DNA of 64,000 nucleotides from an uncultured Poribacteria bacterium (GCA_958296135.2 CATQHZ020000001.1:3296001-3360000); one strand, 5' to 3'. Shown: positions 29,673-40,211, numbered from the stretch's first letter. The notes: generated by a model not told the origin, from the sequence alone. Made by a program: numbers and translations.

Positions 29673-30398
29673 TTAGGTTTGCTGCATCATGTCGCAAAGC
29701 TCCCGAATCTCGTCAATAACGGGGCCTTGCCAATTTTCCACATCCGGTCTGTGCGCATCGTAGACACCGGTCAAATCTGTCCGCTTGAGGATGGGAAGCA
29801 TGCCAGCGGTGGCAGCTCCTGTCAATTCCTCACTACTTCCATCACCCACGTAGAGACATGCCTCTGGTTGCACCCGCAGTCGGTGGCACGCTACCTCATA
29901 GATGCTGAGTGATGGCTTCTTGAGATGCACATCACAGGAGAAAACAGGGGTGTCAATGCATTCGGCTAACGGCGATAAGGGAAAGAGCCGCGGCACGGAG
30001 GGACCACAATCGCTGATAAGTCCCAATTTTAAGCCCGCGTCTTTCAGCGTGTTCAAAGCGTCCAAGACTTCTGGCTTGGGGATGAGCGCGTTCGCCATGA
30101 ATTTGTAGTGAATGTTGGCGGCATCGCTGTAGGCGCGAGCTCCTGAGCGCGGTTCGAGCCCCAAGTCCGAACAGATGGCACGCATAAGCTCCTCGATGCA
30201 GGCATAACGGCCTAAGCACCTATCGGCGTAGGTTTCTCCCATGCGTTGCCAGAATTGTGGATAGGGCACGTTGAGAATTTCAGCCATCTGCGCGACAACT
30301 TTGTCGTTCTCGCGGCGGCTGAAGTTGCCTACCAAGGTCCCGAACAGGTCGAAGATGATAGCACGTTTCTTGGGATGACGCAATGAGTGCAATAACAT
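29673..30398 (-). CDS. HAD-superfamily hydrolase
   Basis: IFDLFGTL, LISD, KKP, YVGDGSSEELTGA. Confidence 0.88.
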   Translation of the reverse strand: MLLHSLRHPKKRAIIFDLFGTLVGNFSRRENDKVVAQMAEILNVPYPQFWQRMGETYADRCLGRYACIEELMRAICSDLGLEPRSGARAYSDAANIHYKFMANALIPKPEVLDALNTLKDAGLKLGLISDCGPSVPRLFPLSPLAECIDTPVFSCDVHLKKPSLSIYEVACHRLRVQPEACLYVGDGSSEELTGAATAGMLPILKRTDLTGVYDAHRPDVENWQGPVIDEIRELCDMMQQT

Positions 30399-30544
30399 GG
30401 TTCATCCAGCGTCTTGCGAACGTATTTTTCACAAGAATGCAAAAAGGACAACGTCCGGATAAGTCAGCATTTTTGCGCGAGCCGATGCGAACGACGCTTG
30501 GTGCCAGTAGGAAAGCCGCCGGTCGTTCGCGGCTGGCAACCGGC

Positions 30545-30832
30545 CTAATCCGCGTCTTCGATCGCCACGTGCAGCTTTTCGACTAACCGATGCAGCGGTG
30601 TCTCATAAGATGCCTGGAGCCGCCGCAGTTCATCAGCGATGTGGAAAGCGACGAGCAACGGAATCTTCTGCTCATCAAACCCTTTTTGGCTGTATGAACT
30701 GACAAGTCCTTTGACGTATTCAATGAGTTCGTGAATATCCTCCGCCGATAAGTCCTCACTGGGTCTGATGGAATAAGGGACACCGAGGATAACGAATCGG
30801 ATAGCTTGTTGTTCTTGTTCTTTCTGTTGCAT
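30545..30832 (-). CDS. zapA: cell division protein ZapA
   Basis: Short protein, FVILGVPYSI…LLVAFHIADEL plus coiled coil. Confidence 0.7.
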   Translation of the reverse strand: MQQKEQEQQAIRFVILGVPYSIRPSEDLSAEDIHELIEYVKGLVSSYSQKGFDEQKIPLLVAFHIADELRRLQASYETPLHRLVEKLHVAIEDAD

Positions 30833-30848
30833 AGTGTTTTCCTCGTTT

Positions 30849-31820
30849 CTATGAAATATCAAGAGCGTGCCGGAGTGTCGTGAGACACGGTTTCACGTCT
30901 GTCCACTTTTCAAAGGCGATGGCCCCTTGATGGATGAGCATTCCGATGCCGCCGAGCGTTTTGCAACCGCGTTCGGCTGCGGCGCGCATCAGCGGCGTGA
31001 CAGGTGGCGTATAGACGATGTCATAAACGAAGGTGTGAGGCAGCAACGCATCGATGTCAATGAGCAGCGGTGCATCTGCTTCCATGCTAGACGTTGCCGT
31101 ATTAACGAGAAGCGTGCTATTGCACACTGCCTCGTCGATGCGCGTATCGGTAAGCCCCATCCCTAACATGACAACCCCAGTCTTCTCCTGCATCTCTTCA
31201 GCTAAAGCGCCGGCTTTCGCCGCGGTCCGGTTTGCGATGACGATACGCGTCGCGCCCGCAAGCGCGAGCGCGACGACGACAGCCCGAGCGGCACCGCCCG
31301 CTCCCAACACGACAACATTTTGTATGTCGCAATGCGTTCGGTTAGAGGTTCCACAGCCAAAACGTCTTCTTCCCGGGTCTGCTTGCGAGGTTGTTGCAAG
31401 TTCGGTTTCGGTGTCGCCTGTTGCTTCGCGCAACGCCCGCAGAAATCCTTCCGCATCCGTGTTATCGCCGTGAATCTCTCCCTCGCGAAAGCTGAGCGTG
31501 TTGACAGCACCGATGAGTGCCGCTTCCCGTGAAATTGAAGTTAAATGCGGGAGAACAGCCTGCTTATGCGGAAGTGTGACGTTGATACCGACGATGTTCA
31601 ATGCCTTGAAGCCTTCCAGCGCGTGCGCAATGTCGCCGGGCCGAACGTGGAAAGGCACGTAGACGTAGTCCAGTCCAGCTTTCGCGAGGGCCGCGTTGTG
31701 CATTTGCGGCGAACGGCTGTGCTCAACCGGTGCGCCAATCACACCGAGAATGCGGGTATGTCCAGTAATCCTTTTCGTTGTTCGCAATGTGTTCGGATAC
31801 GTGTGTTGGGGGTATGACAT
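30849..31820 (-). CDS. aroE: shikimate dehydrogenase with repeat-derived N-terminus and internal insert
   Basis: HSRSPQMHN, GINVTLPHK, GAVNT, NTDAEG, LGAGGAARA, NRT, GMLIHQG. Confidence 0.95.
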   Translation of the reverse strand: MSYPQHTYPNTLRTTKRITGHTRILGVIGAPVEHSRSPQMHNAALAKAGLDYVYVPFHVRPGDIAHALEGFKALNIVGINVTLPHKQAVLPHLTSISREAALIGAVNTLSFREGEIHGDNTDAEGFLRALREATGDTETELATTSQADPGRRRFGCGTSNRTHCDIQNVVVLGAGGAARAVVVALALAGATRIVIANRTAAKAGALAEEMQEKTGVVMLGMGLTDTRIDEAVCNSTLLVNTATSSMEADAPLLIDIDALLPHTFVYDIVYTPPVTPLMRAAAERGCKTLGGIGMLIHQGAIAFEKWTDVKPCLTTLRHALDIS

Positions 31821-31865
31821 GGCTTTACGTCATCTGTCATCGACGTTGTCAATGACTCCGTTCCT
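31771..31865 (-). repeat. family A element overlapping the aroE start
   Basis: GTCATTGAC-AAC-GTCGATGAC…CCGAACACATTGCGAACAACGAAAAG on the minus strand. Confidence 0.85.
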
Positions 31866-31934
31866 GGTGCTTTAGTTAACATTGGGGTTGACTTAGCAGG
31901 CCGCCTTGCCGTTGTCAAGACTGACGTTCCTTGG

Positions 31935-34900
31935 CTAAGTTTTTCTCAAAAGCATTTCAATCTGCTCTTTCGCCTGTTCCATCGTCGGATAGCGAATTTC
32001 ACGGTAGCCACGCACTGTCTCCGCCGCTTCAATAGCACGGACGTGGTTTTCGTAACTTTCCGCATCAGTTGGAGCGAAGGTATCAATCACGCGCGCGAGA
32101 TACCAGTCTCGGAACGCTTTCTCCTTCGCGTGCCACCGCGAGAGCCATCGCCGGAGGAACTTCATCCGCTTCATGAGATTGAGCTGCCAATTCCGCGTGT
32201 CAATATCTGCCTCAAAGTCCATCCCCATCACGTTGAAACGAGGACGATTGAGGTGGACGTAGTGTATTCTATCGCCGTTTGCCTCGTCAACTTTATAGCG
32301 TCGCTTATCGCGTAGGAGTTTTTCCTCACTCGTTAACAAGTGCGCGACGTAGACTTCGTCTTTAATCAGCATCACTTTATGGAGCGCGGGCATCGCCGCT
32401 TTCGTGGCGCGATACCCCTCAGCTTCCGAATCACGCGCGTGAATGTGCAACACCTTTTCAACGTATTGGCGAGCGTAGGCGATGTCTTCAAACTGCACTA
32501 TATCGTAAATATGGAGGGCCAGCGTCCGATGCGTGTTGTCGTCCATGTCCAGCGTCGCTACGGTGCTTTCAACGAGCGACTGATAGGCGTGTGCCAACTG
32601 TTTGCCGCGCCGTTTCTTCGCCAAAATTTCGCGCTTTGCCGCAAGTATTTCGTCGTGGCACGAGGCGTTCGGATGCGCGGGGGGTTGTAATAACCCGCGT
32701 TGACGTAATCCATCTTCGCCGTTGGCGAAGCCTACGTTTATAGTGCTATTTTCTACAGCAAGCCGCCGCCCGGCGTTGAAAGCCTTCAGGTTTGTCTCTA
32801 AATCCGCAGGGCGCACCATTTGCTTAAGCGCGAGGTGAATGGGTTCTAATTCCAGCGGTATCAGTCCACGTTGGAAGGCGGTACCGAGCAGCATCATATT
32901 CGCATAGACTTTGTTGCCGAACATTTGTTCAGAAATAGCAAACAGATCTGCGCCGAAGTAAGCATCCGCATCCGTGCTGGCGTGGAGTGCGGTCTCCAAA
33001 GCGGCGACATCAAACGCCTCCTTGCCGATGAGCGTCGACATCGTCTCCGTTTTGGCGGTATTCACAACGGCGGCGGTGCGCGCCGGAGATGCAACACGAA
33101 AAAGAGAATTCGCATTGATACCGCGCACCGCCTCTAAAATGTCAAGCCCTAACACCAGATCTGCCTTGCCGTAGGCGATGATAGGCGCGACAGAAACACC
33201 GGGGTGGCTATAGGTGACGTGCGAGTAGACACCGCCGTTGCGAATTGCTAAGCCTTTCCTATCACAGAAGGTGACATCGTAGCCTTGCAGATGCCCAGCA
33301 ACAACGAGAATTTTGGAGATAGTGCCAATACCCATGCCGCCGACACCTGCCGCATAAGCATGCCACGTTTTTTGTCCTGGCGCAAAGCGTGGTTTGCCCC
33401 CTTCTGGGGTGGGCAACGTTGTCTCATTAGACAGAAAAGACGTTGTCTTTTCTTGCATGTCTGTCCAAGGGAGGGATGCTACCTTGCGGGGCGGACGTTT
33501 GCGAGTAACGATAACCTCTTCAAAAGAAGGGCACGCGGATTTAATGCGCGCGCACGCGCCATCGGTGACACACGTGGACATGTCAATCCCGATTTTATCG
33601 CCGTAGTCGGTAGGAATAATCTTTAACGCCGGACATCCCGTCGATTTCGTGCATTCAAGGCAGAACTCGCAGACCTCGGGGGTGATATTAATGTGTCTTT
33701 CCCGCGCAAGAAACCCGTCCTCGGCTAGCGTCTTTTGTTCTTCGCGCCGCAGGCGGCGCTGATAGGTAATCGCGCACTCCTTATCGGCGATGACAATCTT
33801 GACACCGGGTTTAAGTATCGTTTTCTCGAGATATTTTTTGTAAGTACCCCGGTCTTCGGGGTTCGTACGGACGATGTCTATTTCGGAGTCACCGGCAAGG
33901 CCTTGCGCCACTTTCTCAATGTCTTGCGCGAATGTCGGATTACCGAGGATATCGATGTCGCCAGCCGGTGTCGGTTGGTGGCCCGTCATGGCCGTTGTCT
34001 GATTGTCCAAGATAATATAGGCGATGTCCTGATTGTTTTTTATCGAATCGGAGATGGCCGCCATGCCACCGTGAAAAAAGGTGGAATCACCCATGAAGAC
34101 AACTTGTTTGTTTTGAATGAACGCGTCAATGCCTGCGCCAGCGGCACCACCGAGTGCCATTGCAGAGAGGTTGTGCATCAAGCGCGGAAAGGGTTCATAT
34201 TTGAGCATCGAATAGCAGCCGATATCACCGTGAAAAACCAGATCGACCGGGGACGACTTGTGATGTTTTTTCATGTAAGCAGCATCCATAAACTGCTCCG
34301 TGATTTGGAGGAGGACGCTGGACGAATCGCGATGCGGGCACCCGGGGCAAAACGTTGGTGTGCGCTGCGGCATGTCAAACTGCTGTTCGGATACCTGCTT
34401 TTGCAGTGCTGCTTCGCGGTTAAATATTTGTGTCTTGGCGCGAAGTTTCTCGTATTGGCGCAAGGCGTTCGATGTGCAGTTTTGGTGCACGATGATTTCG
34501 CTGCGTAATGTGTCCTCGGCACTGTCAATAACTCCGTTGCTGGTGCGAAGTTTTTCGTCGGCTTTGGCAGCGAAGTGCTTGAAGAGGGGCACAAGCCGTT
34601 GGATGAGGAGGGAGGTATCTAACCCGGCCTCGGAAGGCAGCCCTGGCAACCCCTCCGGGAACTGCTTTCCCCACACCTGCACACGCCGTGTGAGTTCGCT
34701 GTTCTGATACAGCTGCGTCAGGCATGCCTTGAGTTCATTTTCAAGCAGAGAACGTTTCTCTTCCACAACGTAGCAGGCCTCAACCTGCTCGGCAAATTCT
34801 CGCACGATGTCGGTGTCAAGCGGATGCGTCATACCGAGTTTAAGGATAGGCATGTCTCCCAGAACGTTCAATTCGCCGAGAGCATGCTGCAAATAACTAT

Positions 34901-35786
34901 ACGCGAAACCGGCGGTAATGAACCCGAAGGCATATTTTTCGTCTGGGCGCGAAGCGTTCGGTTGGCGTTGCCTCGGCAGGCCAACTCCTACTACGTCTCG
35001 GCTAACGCGGGGCATCCCTTGGCTAAGTGCTCCTGAGTCTGGCCACTGAATCTGATTTAGCTTCAGGGCGCGGGCGGTTTCAAGTGCCTGAGGCAGTCGT
35101 TCCTCCAAAGTTTCCCGCTCAATACGCGCCGTATCCGGCGGTAAGACGACGCGCCGTGAGGCATCAATCAAGCCGGTATCCAAGAGGGTGGGGTTCTGCT
35201 GGTTTATCGTAGGATAGACATTCGGGTGCAGTTCAACGTTTCCGCCGCCATCCGCCTGATTCTGTGTGGCGAGAAGCACGACATAGAGGTTCGCCGCTTT
35301 GGATATCTGAAAGGCGATGTCCACCCAATCTTTGAGTTCCTGAAAGGTGCCGGGCTCCACCAAGGGCGTGTAGAGATGCCGTGCAAGGAACCGAGAATCG
35401 GCTGGCACCTGCGTGCTATGTCCCCACGTGTCATCCCCAACAACAACAACAGCACCGCCAATGGTACCAGCGAGATTGCTGATGGCGAGCGCATCGGCAG
35501 CGACATGCAAACCGACGCTTTTCATGAACGCAATCGCACGCACTTCTGCCATTTGGGAGCCGTTTAACCGGGCAATGCTCAACGCCTCGTTATTGGCTAT
35601 TTGCGCGACAATACCGTTTTCTTTGAAGAGCGCGGCGTTACGCTGGATGACATCAAACACCTCGGCGAGAGGGGAACCGGGGTAGCCGGTGAGGAGACTC
35701 ACACCGCTCTCCAACGCGCCTTTGACGAGCAGTTCGCAGCCAGTATAGACATTTGTGCCGTGAGCTTGTGTAAATCTTTTGTCCAT
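31935..35786 (-). CDS. indolepyruvate:ferredoxin oxidoreductase family, fused alpha/beta, with four repeat inserts
   Basis: GYPGSP, FCPGCPH, GDIGC, MGDSTFFH…DNQTTAMTG (TPP binding), CEFCLEC…GCP, GVGGMG, KDEVYVAHL; AAGGAG RBS before ATG 35786. Confidence 0.9.
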   Translation of the reverse strand: MDKRFTQAHGTNVYTGCELLVKGALESGVSLLTGYPGSPLAEVFDVIQRNAALFKENGIVAQIANNEALSIARLNGSQMAEVRAIAFMKSVGLHVAADALAISNLAGTIGGAVVVVGDDTWGHSTQVPADSRFLARHLYTPLVEPGTFQELKDWVDIAFQISKAANLYVVLLATQNQADGGGNVELHPNVYPTINQQNPTLLDTGLIDASRRVVLPPDTARIERETLEERLPQALETARALKLNQIQWPDSGALSQGMPRVSRDVVGVGLPRQRQPNASRPDEKYAFGFITAGFAYSYLQHALGELNVLGDMPILKLGMTHPLDTDIVREFAEQVEACYVVEEKRSLLENELKACLTQLYQNSELTRRVQVWGKQFPEGLPGLPSEAGLDTSLLIQRLVPLFKHFAAKADEKLRTSNGVIDSAEDTLRSEIIVHQNCTSNALRQYEKLRAKTQIFNREAALQKQVSEQQFDMPQRTPTFCPGCPHRDSSSVLLQITEQFMDAAYMKKHHKSSPVDLVFHGDIGCYSMLKYEPFPRLMHNLSAMALGGAAGAGIDAFIQNKQVVFMGDSTFFHGGMAAISDSIKNNQDIAYIILDNQTTAMTGHQPTPAGDIDILGNPTFAQDIEKVAQGLAGDSEIDIVRTNPEDRGTYKKYLEKTILKPGVKIVIADKECAITYQRRLRREEQKTLAEDGFLARERHINITPEVCEFCLECTKSTGCPALKIIPTDYGDKIGIDMSTCVTDGACARIKSACPSFEEVIVTRKRPPRKVASLPWTDMQEKTTSFLSNETTLPTPEGGKPRFAPGQKTWHAYAAGVGGMGIGTISKILVVAGHLQGYDVTFCDRKGLAIRNGGVYSHVTYSHPGVSVAPIIAYGKADLVLGLDILEAVRGINANSLFRVASPARTAAVVNTAKTETMSTLIGKEAFDVAALETALHASTDADAYFGADLFAISEQMFGNKVYANMMLLGTAFQRGLIPLELEPIHLALKQMVRPADLETNLKAFNAGRRLAVENSTINVGFANGEDGLRQRGLLQPPAHPNASCHDEILAAKREILAKKRRGKQLAHAYQSLVESTVATLDMDDNTHRTLALHIYDIVQFEDIAYARQYVEKVLHIHARDSEAEGYRATKAAMPALHKVMLIKDEVYVAHLLTSEEKLLRDKRRYKVDEANGDRIHYVHLNRPRFNVMGMDFEADIDTRNWQLNLMKRMKFLRRWLSRWHAKEKAFRDWYLARVIDTFAPTDAESYENHVRAIEAAETVRGYREIRYPTMEQAKEQIEMLLRKT

Positions 35787-35935
35787 TGTGTTATTTAACT
35801 GCTCCTTTACAGGCGCGTTCAAGTCTGGCAGGAGAACCTACAAACCTTGTCTTTCCTGTAGGCTAGCGGGGTTGTCTTAGCAGTCCATCTTGAGGTTGTC
35901 AGTTGGGCTCAGGCGAGCCCCTATACGTGCTTTTG

Positions 35936-37747
35936 CTATTCTCCTAACCTCTCGCGCGCGTGTGCGAGGCCGATTTCAGTTTCTTCCCCGCCGTGCATTC
36001 GCACAATTTCGCTGACGCGTTCTTCGGGTGTCAGCGGTTTCGCTGTAATGAGCGTCCGGTCTCCGATAACCTTCTTCTCCACCCGAAAATGTTTATCGGC
36101 AAACCGGGCTATCTGGGGGAGGTGTGTGATGCAGATAACTTGTGAAAATTCTGCGAGTTGCTTCAATTTTTTTCCAACGACACTGGCGACTTTGCCGCCG
36201 ATACCGCTATCAATCTCATCAAAAATGAGCGTGGGAATATCGTCCACTTGAACAAGCACCGTTTTGAGCGCGAGCATGATGCGCGAGATTTCGCCGCCCG
36301 AGGCAATCTTTGCAATAGGACGCGGCTCCGAACCGACGTTGGGCGCAATTAAAAATTCTACGGCATCGATGCCATCCGGTCCGAAAGCGTATCGTTTCTC
36401 GTCAATTTGAAGCGCGTTTTTTCTCGTGCGCCAGGCGTTTGATAAGGGTTGTGAGTGCAAGCGTAACCCGTCATCGACATTGTCGATAACTACGTTTTCG
36501 TCTTCGTTTTCGTCTTCGTTTTCGTCTTCCTTGGGGTGAACAGCGACAATGAATCTTGCGTTGTCCATCCCCAGTGTCCGCAATTCCCGTTCAATCAGGA
36601 CAGAGAGTCGTTTTGCAACCTGTTTCCGTTTGGCGGAGAGCGCGGTACACAGCTGCTGCGCCTCCTGCGTCACCTCGTCAATTTGCGCGTTCAGTTTCTC
36701 AATCCTTTCGGTACCGAAGTGTAACGCCTGGAGTTGCCGCGACGCATCGGCATGGTATGCCAGTATCTCTTCAATAGTGTTGCCGTAGCGTCGCCTGAGT
36801 TTTGAGAGGAGTTCCAAGCGTTCGGTGACTTCGGCGAGGCGCATCGGATTGAACTCCACCCCCGCCGCATACTGGCGGAGGTGCGCGGCGATATCCTCTA
36901 TTTCATACAGCGATGAATCCAACCGTTCATGAACGTCGGACAGACTTGCGTCCATCTCACACAACTTGCCGAGAGATTTGGAGACAGTTTTCAGCAGTTC
37001 CAACACAGCCCTCTCTGACGCGTCCCGCGTGCGCCTACCGCTTTCCAGCTGGGCATAGACGCGGTTTGCGGTATCAAACAGCGTCTCGGCGTTGCTAAGC
37101 ACCCGTGCTTCAGCCGCGAGTGCTTCATCTTCGCCTTCGACAAGGTTCGCCGCCGCCAATTCGTCACACTCAAATTCAAGGCGTTCCTTCTCACGTTCGG
37201 ATGCTTGCACTGCCTGCGTCACCTGCGTTACCTCGTTTAGCAATTTTTGACGGTGCTGATAGAGCTTGCCAACCTGTTTTCGCATTTCACTGCAATCGCC
37301 AAAGTCATCTAGGAGTTTGACATGCGTTTCAGTCCGGAACAACGACTGGTGCTCATGCTGCCCGTGGATATCAACGAGCAAGGTGCCGAGTGCCTGCAGT
37401 TGTCTTAAATTCGCCATCTGCCCATTGAGATGGCATCGGCTCCGTCCGTTCGCGTTTATCTGTCGGGTGAGAATAGCGGTATCGTCAGCATCTAACACGG
37501 CGGCGGCAGATGCCGCCCAGAAAGGATGCTGTGGCGATGGCGCGACACCCACCTCCACTTTCGCCGCGGCTGTCCCTTCCCGAACAATATCGGCAGTGGC
37601 GCGCTCGCCTAACACGAGGCCTACTGATTTGAGGATGACAGACTTGCCGGCACCCGTTTCCCCGGTGAAGATATTCAACCCCGGCGCGAACTCTAACTCT
37701 AGTTCATCAATGAGGGCAATATTGCGAATAGAAAGGGCTTCTATCAT
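35936..37747 (-). CDS. recN: DNA repair protein RecN with in-frame repeat insert
   Basis: GETGAGKS, IHGQHE, ASGGEISR, IFDEIDSG, CITHLPQIA. Confidence 0.96.
   Translation of the reverse strand: MIEALSIRNIALIDELELEFAPGLNIFTGETGAGKSVILKSVGLVLGERATADIVREGTAAAKVEVGVAPSPQHPFWAASAAAVLDADDTAILTRQINANGRSRCHLNGQMANLRQLQALGTLLVDIHGQHEHQSLFRTETHVKLLDDFGDCSEMRKQVGKLYQHRQKLLNEVTQVTQAVQASEREKERLEFECDELAAANLVEGEDEALAAEARVLSNAETLFDTANRVYAQLESGRRTRDASERAVLELLKTVSKSLGKLCEMDASLSDVHERLDSSLYEIEDIAAHLRQYAAGVEFNPMRLAEVTERLELLSKLRRRYGNTIEEILAYHADASRQLQALHFGTERIEKLNAQIDEVTQEAQQLCTALSAKRKQVAKRLSVLIERELRTLGMDNARFIVAVHPKEDENEDENEDENVVIDNVDDGLRLHSQPLSNAWRTRKNALQIDEKRYAFGPDGIDAVEFLIAPNVGSEPRPIAKIASGGEISRIMLALKTVLVQVDDIPTLIFDEIDSGIGGKVASVVGKKLKQLAEFSQVICITHLPQIARFADKHFRVEKKVIGDRTLITAKPLTPEERVSEIVRMHGGEETEIGLAHARERLGE
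36417..36529 (-). repeat. family A element in frame in recN, preceded by a 12 bp x3 repeat (EDEN)
   Basis: Encodes EDENEDENEDENVVIDNVDDGLRLHSQPLSNAWRTRK. Confidence 0.9.
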
Positions 37748-37923
37748 TTCTTCTGTAATGGCGCAGAGCCTTTTGTATTGGCGCAAAGCGTTCGGCAAAA
37801 CCGGTGCGGCAGGTTAACTAGCAGCCGCACTGCGGGCATCCTCGGCGAAGGTATGCAAGTCTTGACACCGTCACGACGGCCCGCTCAGTGGAGACATCTC
37901 TCCAAGAGAACGTGAAACTACCG

Positions 37924-38814
37924 CTAGGAACGACAAACTTTCCTCTTGATGTTTTCGCCTAACATGAGTTTCTCACGCAGGGCCCTGTAATAGTTATGCC
38001 GCCGTGAACGGATGAGCTGAATGGTGCGTTCCGCCTTGCGAACGTTAATCACTGCCTCCGCTCCAAGGCTATGCGTCTCCCGTTGTCCATCAACGAAGAC
38101 ATCAACGCTCTCGTAAGCAGAACGCATCTTGACAGTAATCTCCGCGTCGCCATGCGCGATGAAGGGCCGCACGGTGAGACTATGTGGCGCGATAGGTGTC
38201 AACAACATCGCCTCCAACTGCGGCGCGACAATCGTCCCCGCGCACGAGAGGGAATAGCCGGTGGAACCACTCGGTGTCGCGATGATGAGTCCATCAGCGG
38301 TATACGGAATAAACAGTTGGCCATCAATATAGGCATCTAATTCAATGAGCCGTGTGTAGTGACGGATGACAACATCGTTGAGTGCGAACGCCCGAAACGT
38401 GCTATTGACAACTACCTCTAACATCATTCGGTGCTCAACACGATAGTCACCTTGCAGCGTTGCCTCCAACGTTGGATAGAGTTCTGTCAGCGAAGCGTCC
38501 GTCAAGAAACCGAGGGTGCCGATATTGATGGCGAGGAGCGGCACGTTTTCAATCCCCGGCGTGTGCGCCGCGCTGAGCAGCGTCCCATCGCCCCCCAGGA
38601 CGAGCAGCATGTCCGCTGCACGCACGATGTCTGTTGTCTGCATGCCTATCTTCGGACACCCCAATGCGGCTGCAGGCTCATCCGCTATGAGCGGCGTAAC
38701 ACCTCGCCGATGCAGCCACTCGGATACTTCTGCGACAATATCGGCGGCGTTCACTTTAGAGGTGTTGACAAAAAAGCCGATCTTTTGTAGTGGAGCAAAG
38801 CGTTCAGAGGACAT
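37924..38814 (-). CDS. nadK: NAD+ kinase
   Basis: GGDGT, GTLGFL, LNDVV, DGLIIATPSGSTGYSLS; adjacent to recN. Confidence 0.95.
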   Translation of the reverse strand: MSSERFAPLQKIGFFVNTSKVNAADIVAEVSEWLHRRGVTPLIADEPAAALGCPKIGMQTTDIVRAADMLLVLGGDGTLLSAAHTPGIENVPLLAINIGTLGFLTDASLTELYPTLEATLQGDYRVEHRMMLEVVVNSTFRAFALNDVVIRHYTRLIELDAYIDGQLFIPYTADGLIIATPSGSTGYSLSCAGTIVAPQLEAMLLTPIAPHSLTVRPFIAHGDAEITVKMRSAYESVDVFVDGQRETHSLGAEAVINVRKAERTIQLIRSRRHNYYRALREKLMLGENIKRKVCRS

Positions 38815-39115
38815 TTCTCGTCTTTCACCTCTCTTCACCAATGCCGTCATCGACGTTGACGTTTTTGTCGTTCGCAAGGCGTTCGGCGGACGTTTCTGCT
38901 AGTTTCACGTCGCTCTACCAATGCCGTCATCGACGTTGACGTTTTTTGTCGTTCGCAAGGCGTTCGGCGGACGTTTCTGATGGTTTCACGTCGCTCTACC
39001 TGTGCCGTCATCGACGTTGACGTTTTTTGTCGTTCGCAAGGCGTTCGGCGGACGTTTCTGATGGTTTCACGTCGCTCTACCTGTGCCGTCATCGACGTTG
39101 TCGATGACTACGTTT
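38783..39115 (-). repeat. tandem array of family A-like units (80-81 bp period; three near-identical plus one degenerate)
   Basis: GCCGTCATCGACGTTG at 38843, 38923, 39004 and 39085. Confidence 0.92.
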
Positions 39116-40211
39116 TCGTTGAAGAACTCTTTGCGGAACGCCTCTCGACATACGAAAAACAGAGAATCACGCCGCAGCCTCCTAAAAACAGCATCAACGT
39201 GATAAATAGGTTCGCATCCAGCTGCGGGAGGATGTGCGCGGTATCCACCCGTTCGCCATCAACCATCACAAATTCGCGAAACGGCCACAAACCGTAAAGC
39301 GAACCTACCATCAAACCTATCAGAAAGGCAACGGTGAGGTTACGGTAACGGTGTAGCAGATAGTTCAGCAGCCGCGTAAATGCCACCAGTCCAAACAGAC
39401 ATCCGAGCGCGAAGGCAGCGAGCGTGAGTAAATCTTCCCACATCGCCGAATTCGGCATCTGCCGCGTGGCGAGGATTTCGGATGCGCCTGTCATCACCCC
39501 GTTAATCGCGGTGAGTAGCGGAAAATAGACACCGAACGCGAGCATCAGAAATGAGCCGCTGATGCCGGGCAGTATCATTGCAGAAATCGCCAGCGCGCCG
39601 CACCCAAACATCTTCGTCGTTCGCAACGCGTTCGACAAGGGTTGTTGGTGCAGTGACACCTCTCTGCGTAAGCCGTCATCGACGTTGTCAATGACTACGC
39701 TCTCTGTTGCTGCGGTTTCACCACCTGTCCCCAGAGAGATGCCGACTATCAGCACCACCGCCATGAGTAACACAACCAGTTCCTTGCCCCCAAACCCTTT
39801 GAGCATTCGTGCCGGTATTGCGATAGATATCAAAATGAGCCCGCTAAAGAAGCCATACGTTGCATCGTGGTGGACATTCAGCAGATAGACTATCAGTTTT
39901 GAGGTAAGCAACACCGCTGCAACCGCGCCTACGCCTAAGAAGGCGAGGAAACCCACATCCGCGCGGCGCAGTTCCGCTAGTGCATCCGCGCAGGCACTTT
40001 TTTTGAAGGAGAGCACACGAAGCACCTTTTTGACAGTAGTTAGTCGAATGTTCTGCAGTGCAGCGATGAGCCGTTCATAAATCCCTAAGACGAGAGCCAG
40101 CGTGCCGCCGCTCATACCGGGAATGATGTTCGCAACACCGATGAGGAAGCCGTTGACAAGATTTCGTATTGGTGCCAAGCGTTCGTCTCTGTTTTTCTGA
40201 TGCTTTGACAT
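39108..40211 (-). CDS. DUF368 family membrane protein with in-frame repeat insert
   Basis: IIPGMSGGTLA, GIYERLI, AMILPGISGS, GLMVGSL..LWPF. Confidence 0.9.
   Translation of the reverse strand: MSKHQKNRDERLAPIRNLVNGFLIGVANIIPGMSGGTLALVLGIYERLIAALQNIRLTTVKKVLRVLSFKKSACADALAELRRADVGFLAFLGVGAVAAVLLTSKLIVYLLNVHHDATYGFFSGLILISIAIPARMLKGFGGKELVVLLMAVVLIVGISLGTGGETAATESVVIDNVDDGLRREVSLHQQPLSNALRTTKMFGCGALAISAMILPGISGSFLMLAFGVYFPLLTAINGVMTGASEILATRQMPNSAMWEDLLTLAAFALGCLFGLVAFTRLLNYLLHRYRNLTVAFLIGLMVGSLYGLWPFREFVMVDGERVDTAHILPQLDANLFITLMLFLGGCGVILCFSYVERRSAKSSSTKT
39611..39700 (-). repeat. family A element in frame in the DUF368 gene
   Basis: Encodes SVVIDNVDDGLRREVSLHQQPLSNALRTTK. Confidence 0.92.

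Noticed and set aside
30399-30544. 6S RNA downstream of zapA
   Set aside because: The position fits, but the gap is short (~146 nt), I see no long rod-like pairing, and it contains a REP-like hairpin.
36417-36498. Inserts as inteins or self-splicing introns
   Set aside because: Far too short, with no C/S…HN intein ends or group I/II intron features; RNA-level removal is not excluded but has no support.
38783-39115. CRISPR array
   Set aside because: Units are near-identical along their whole length, with no unique spacers and no cas genes in the window.
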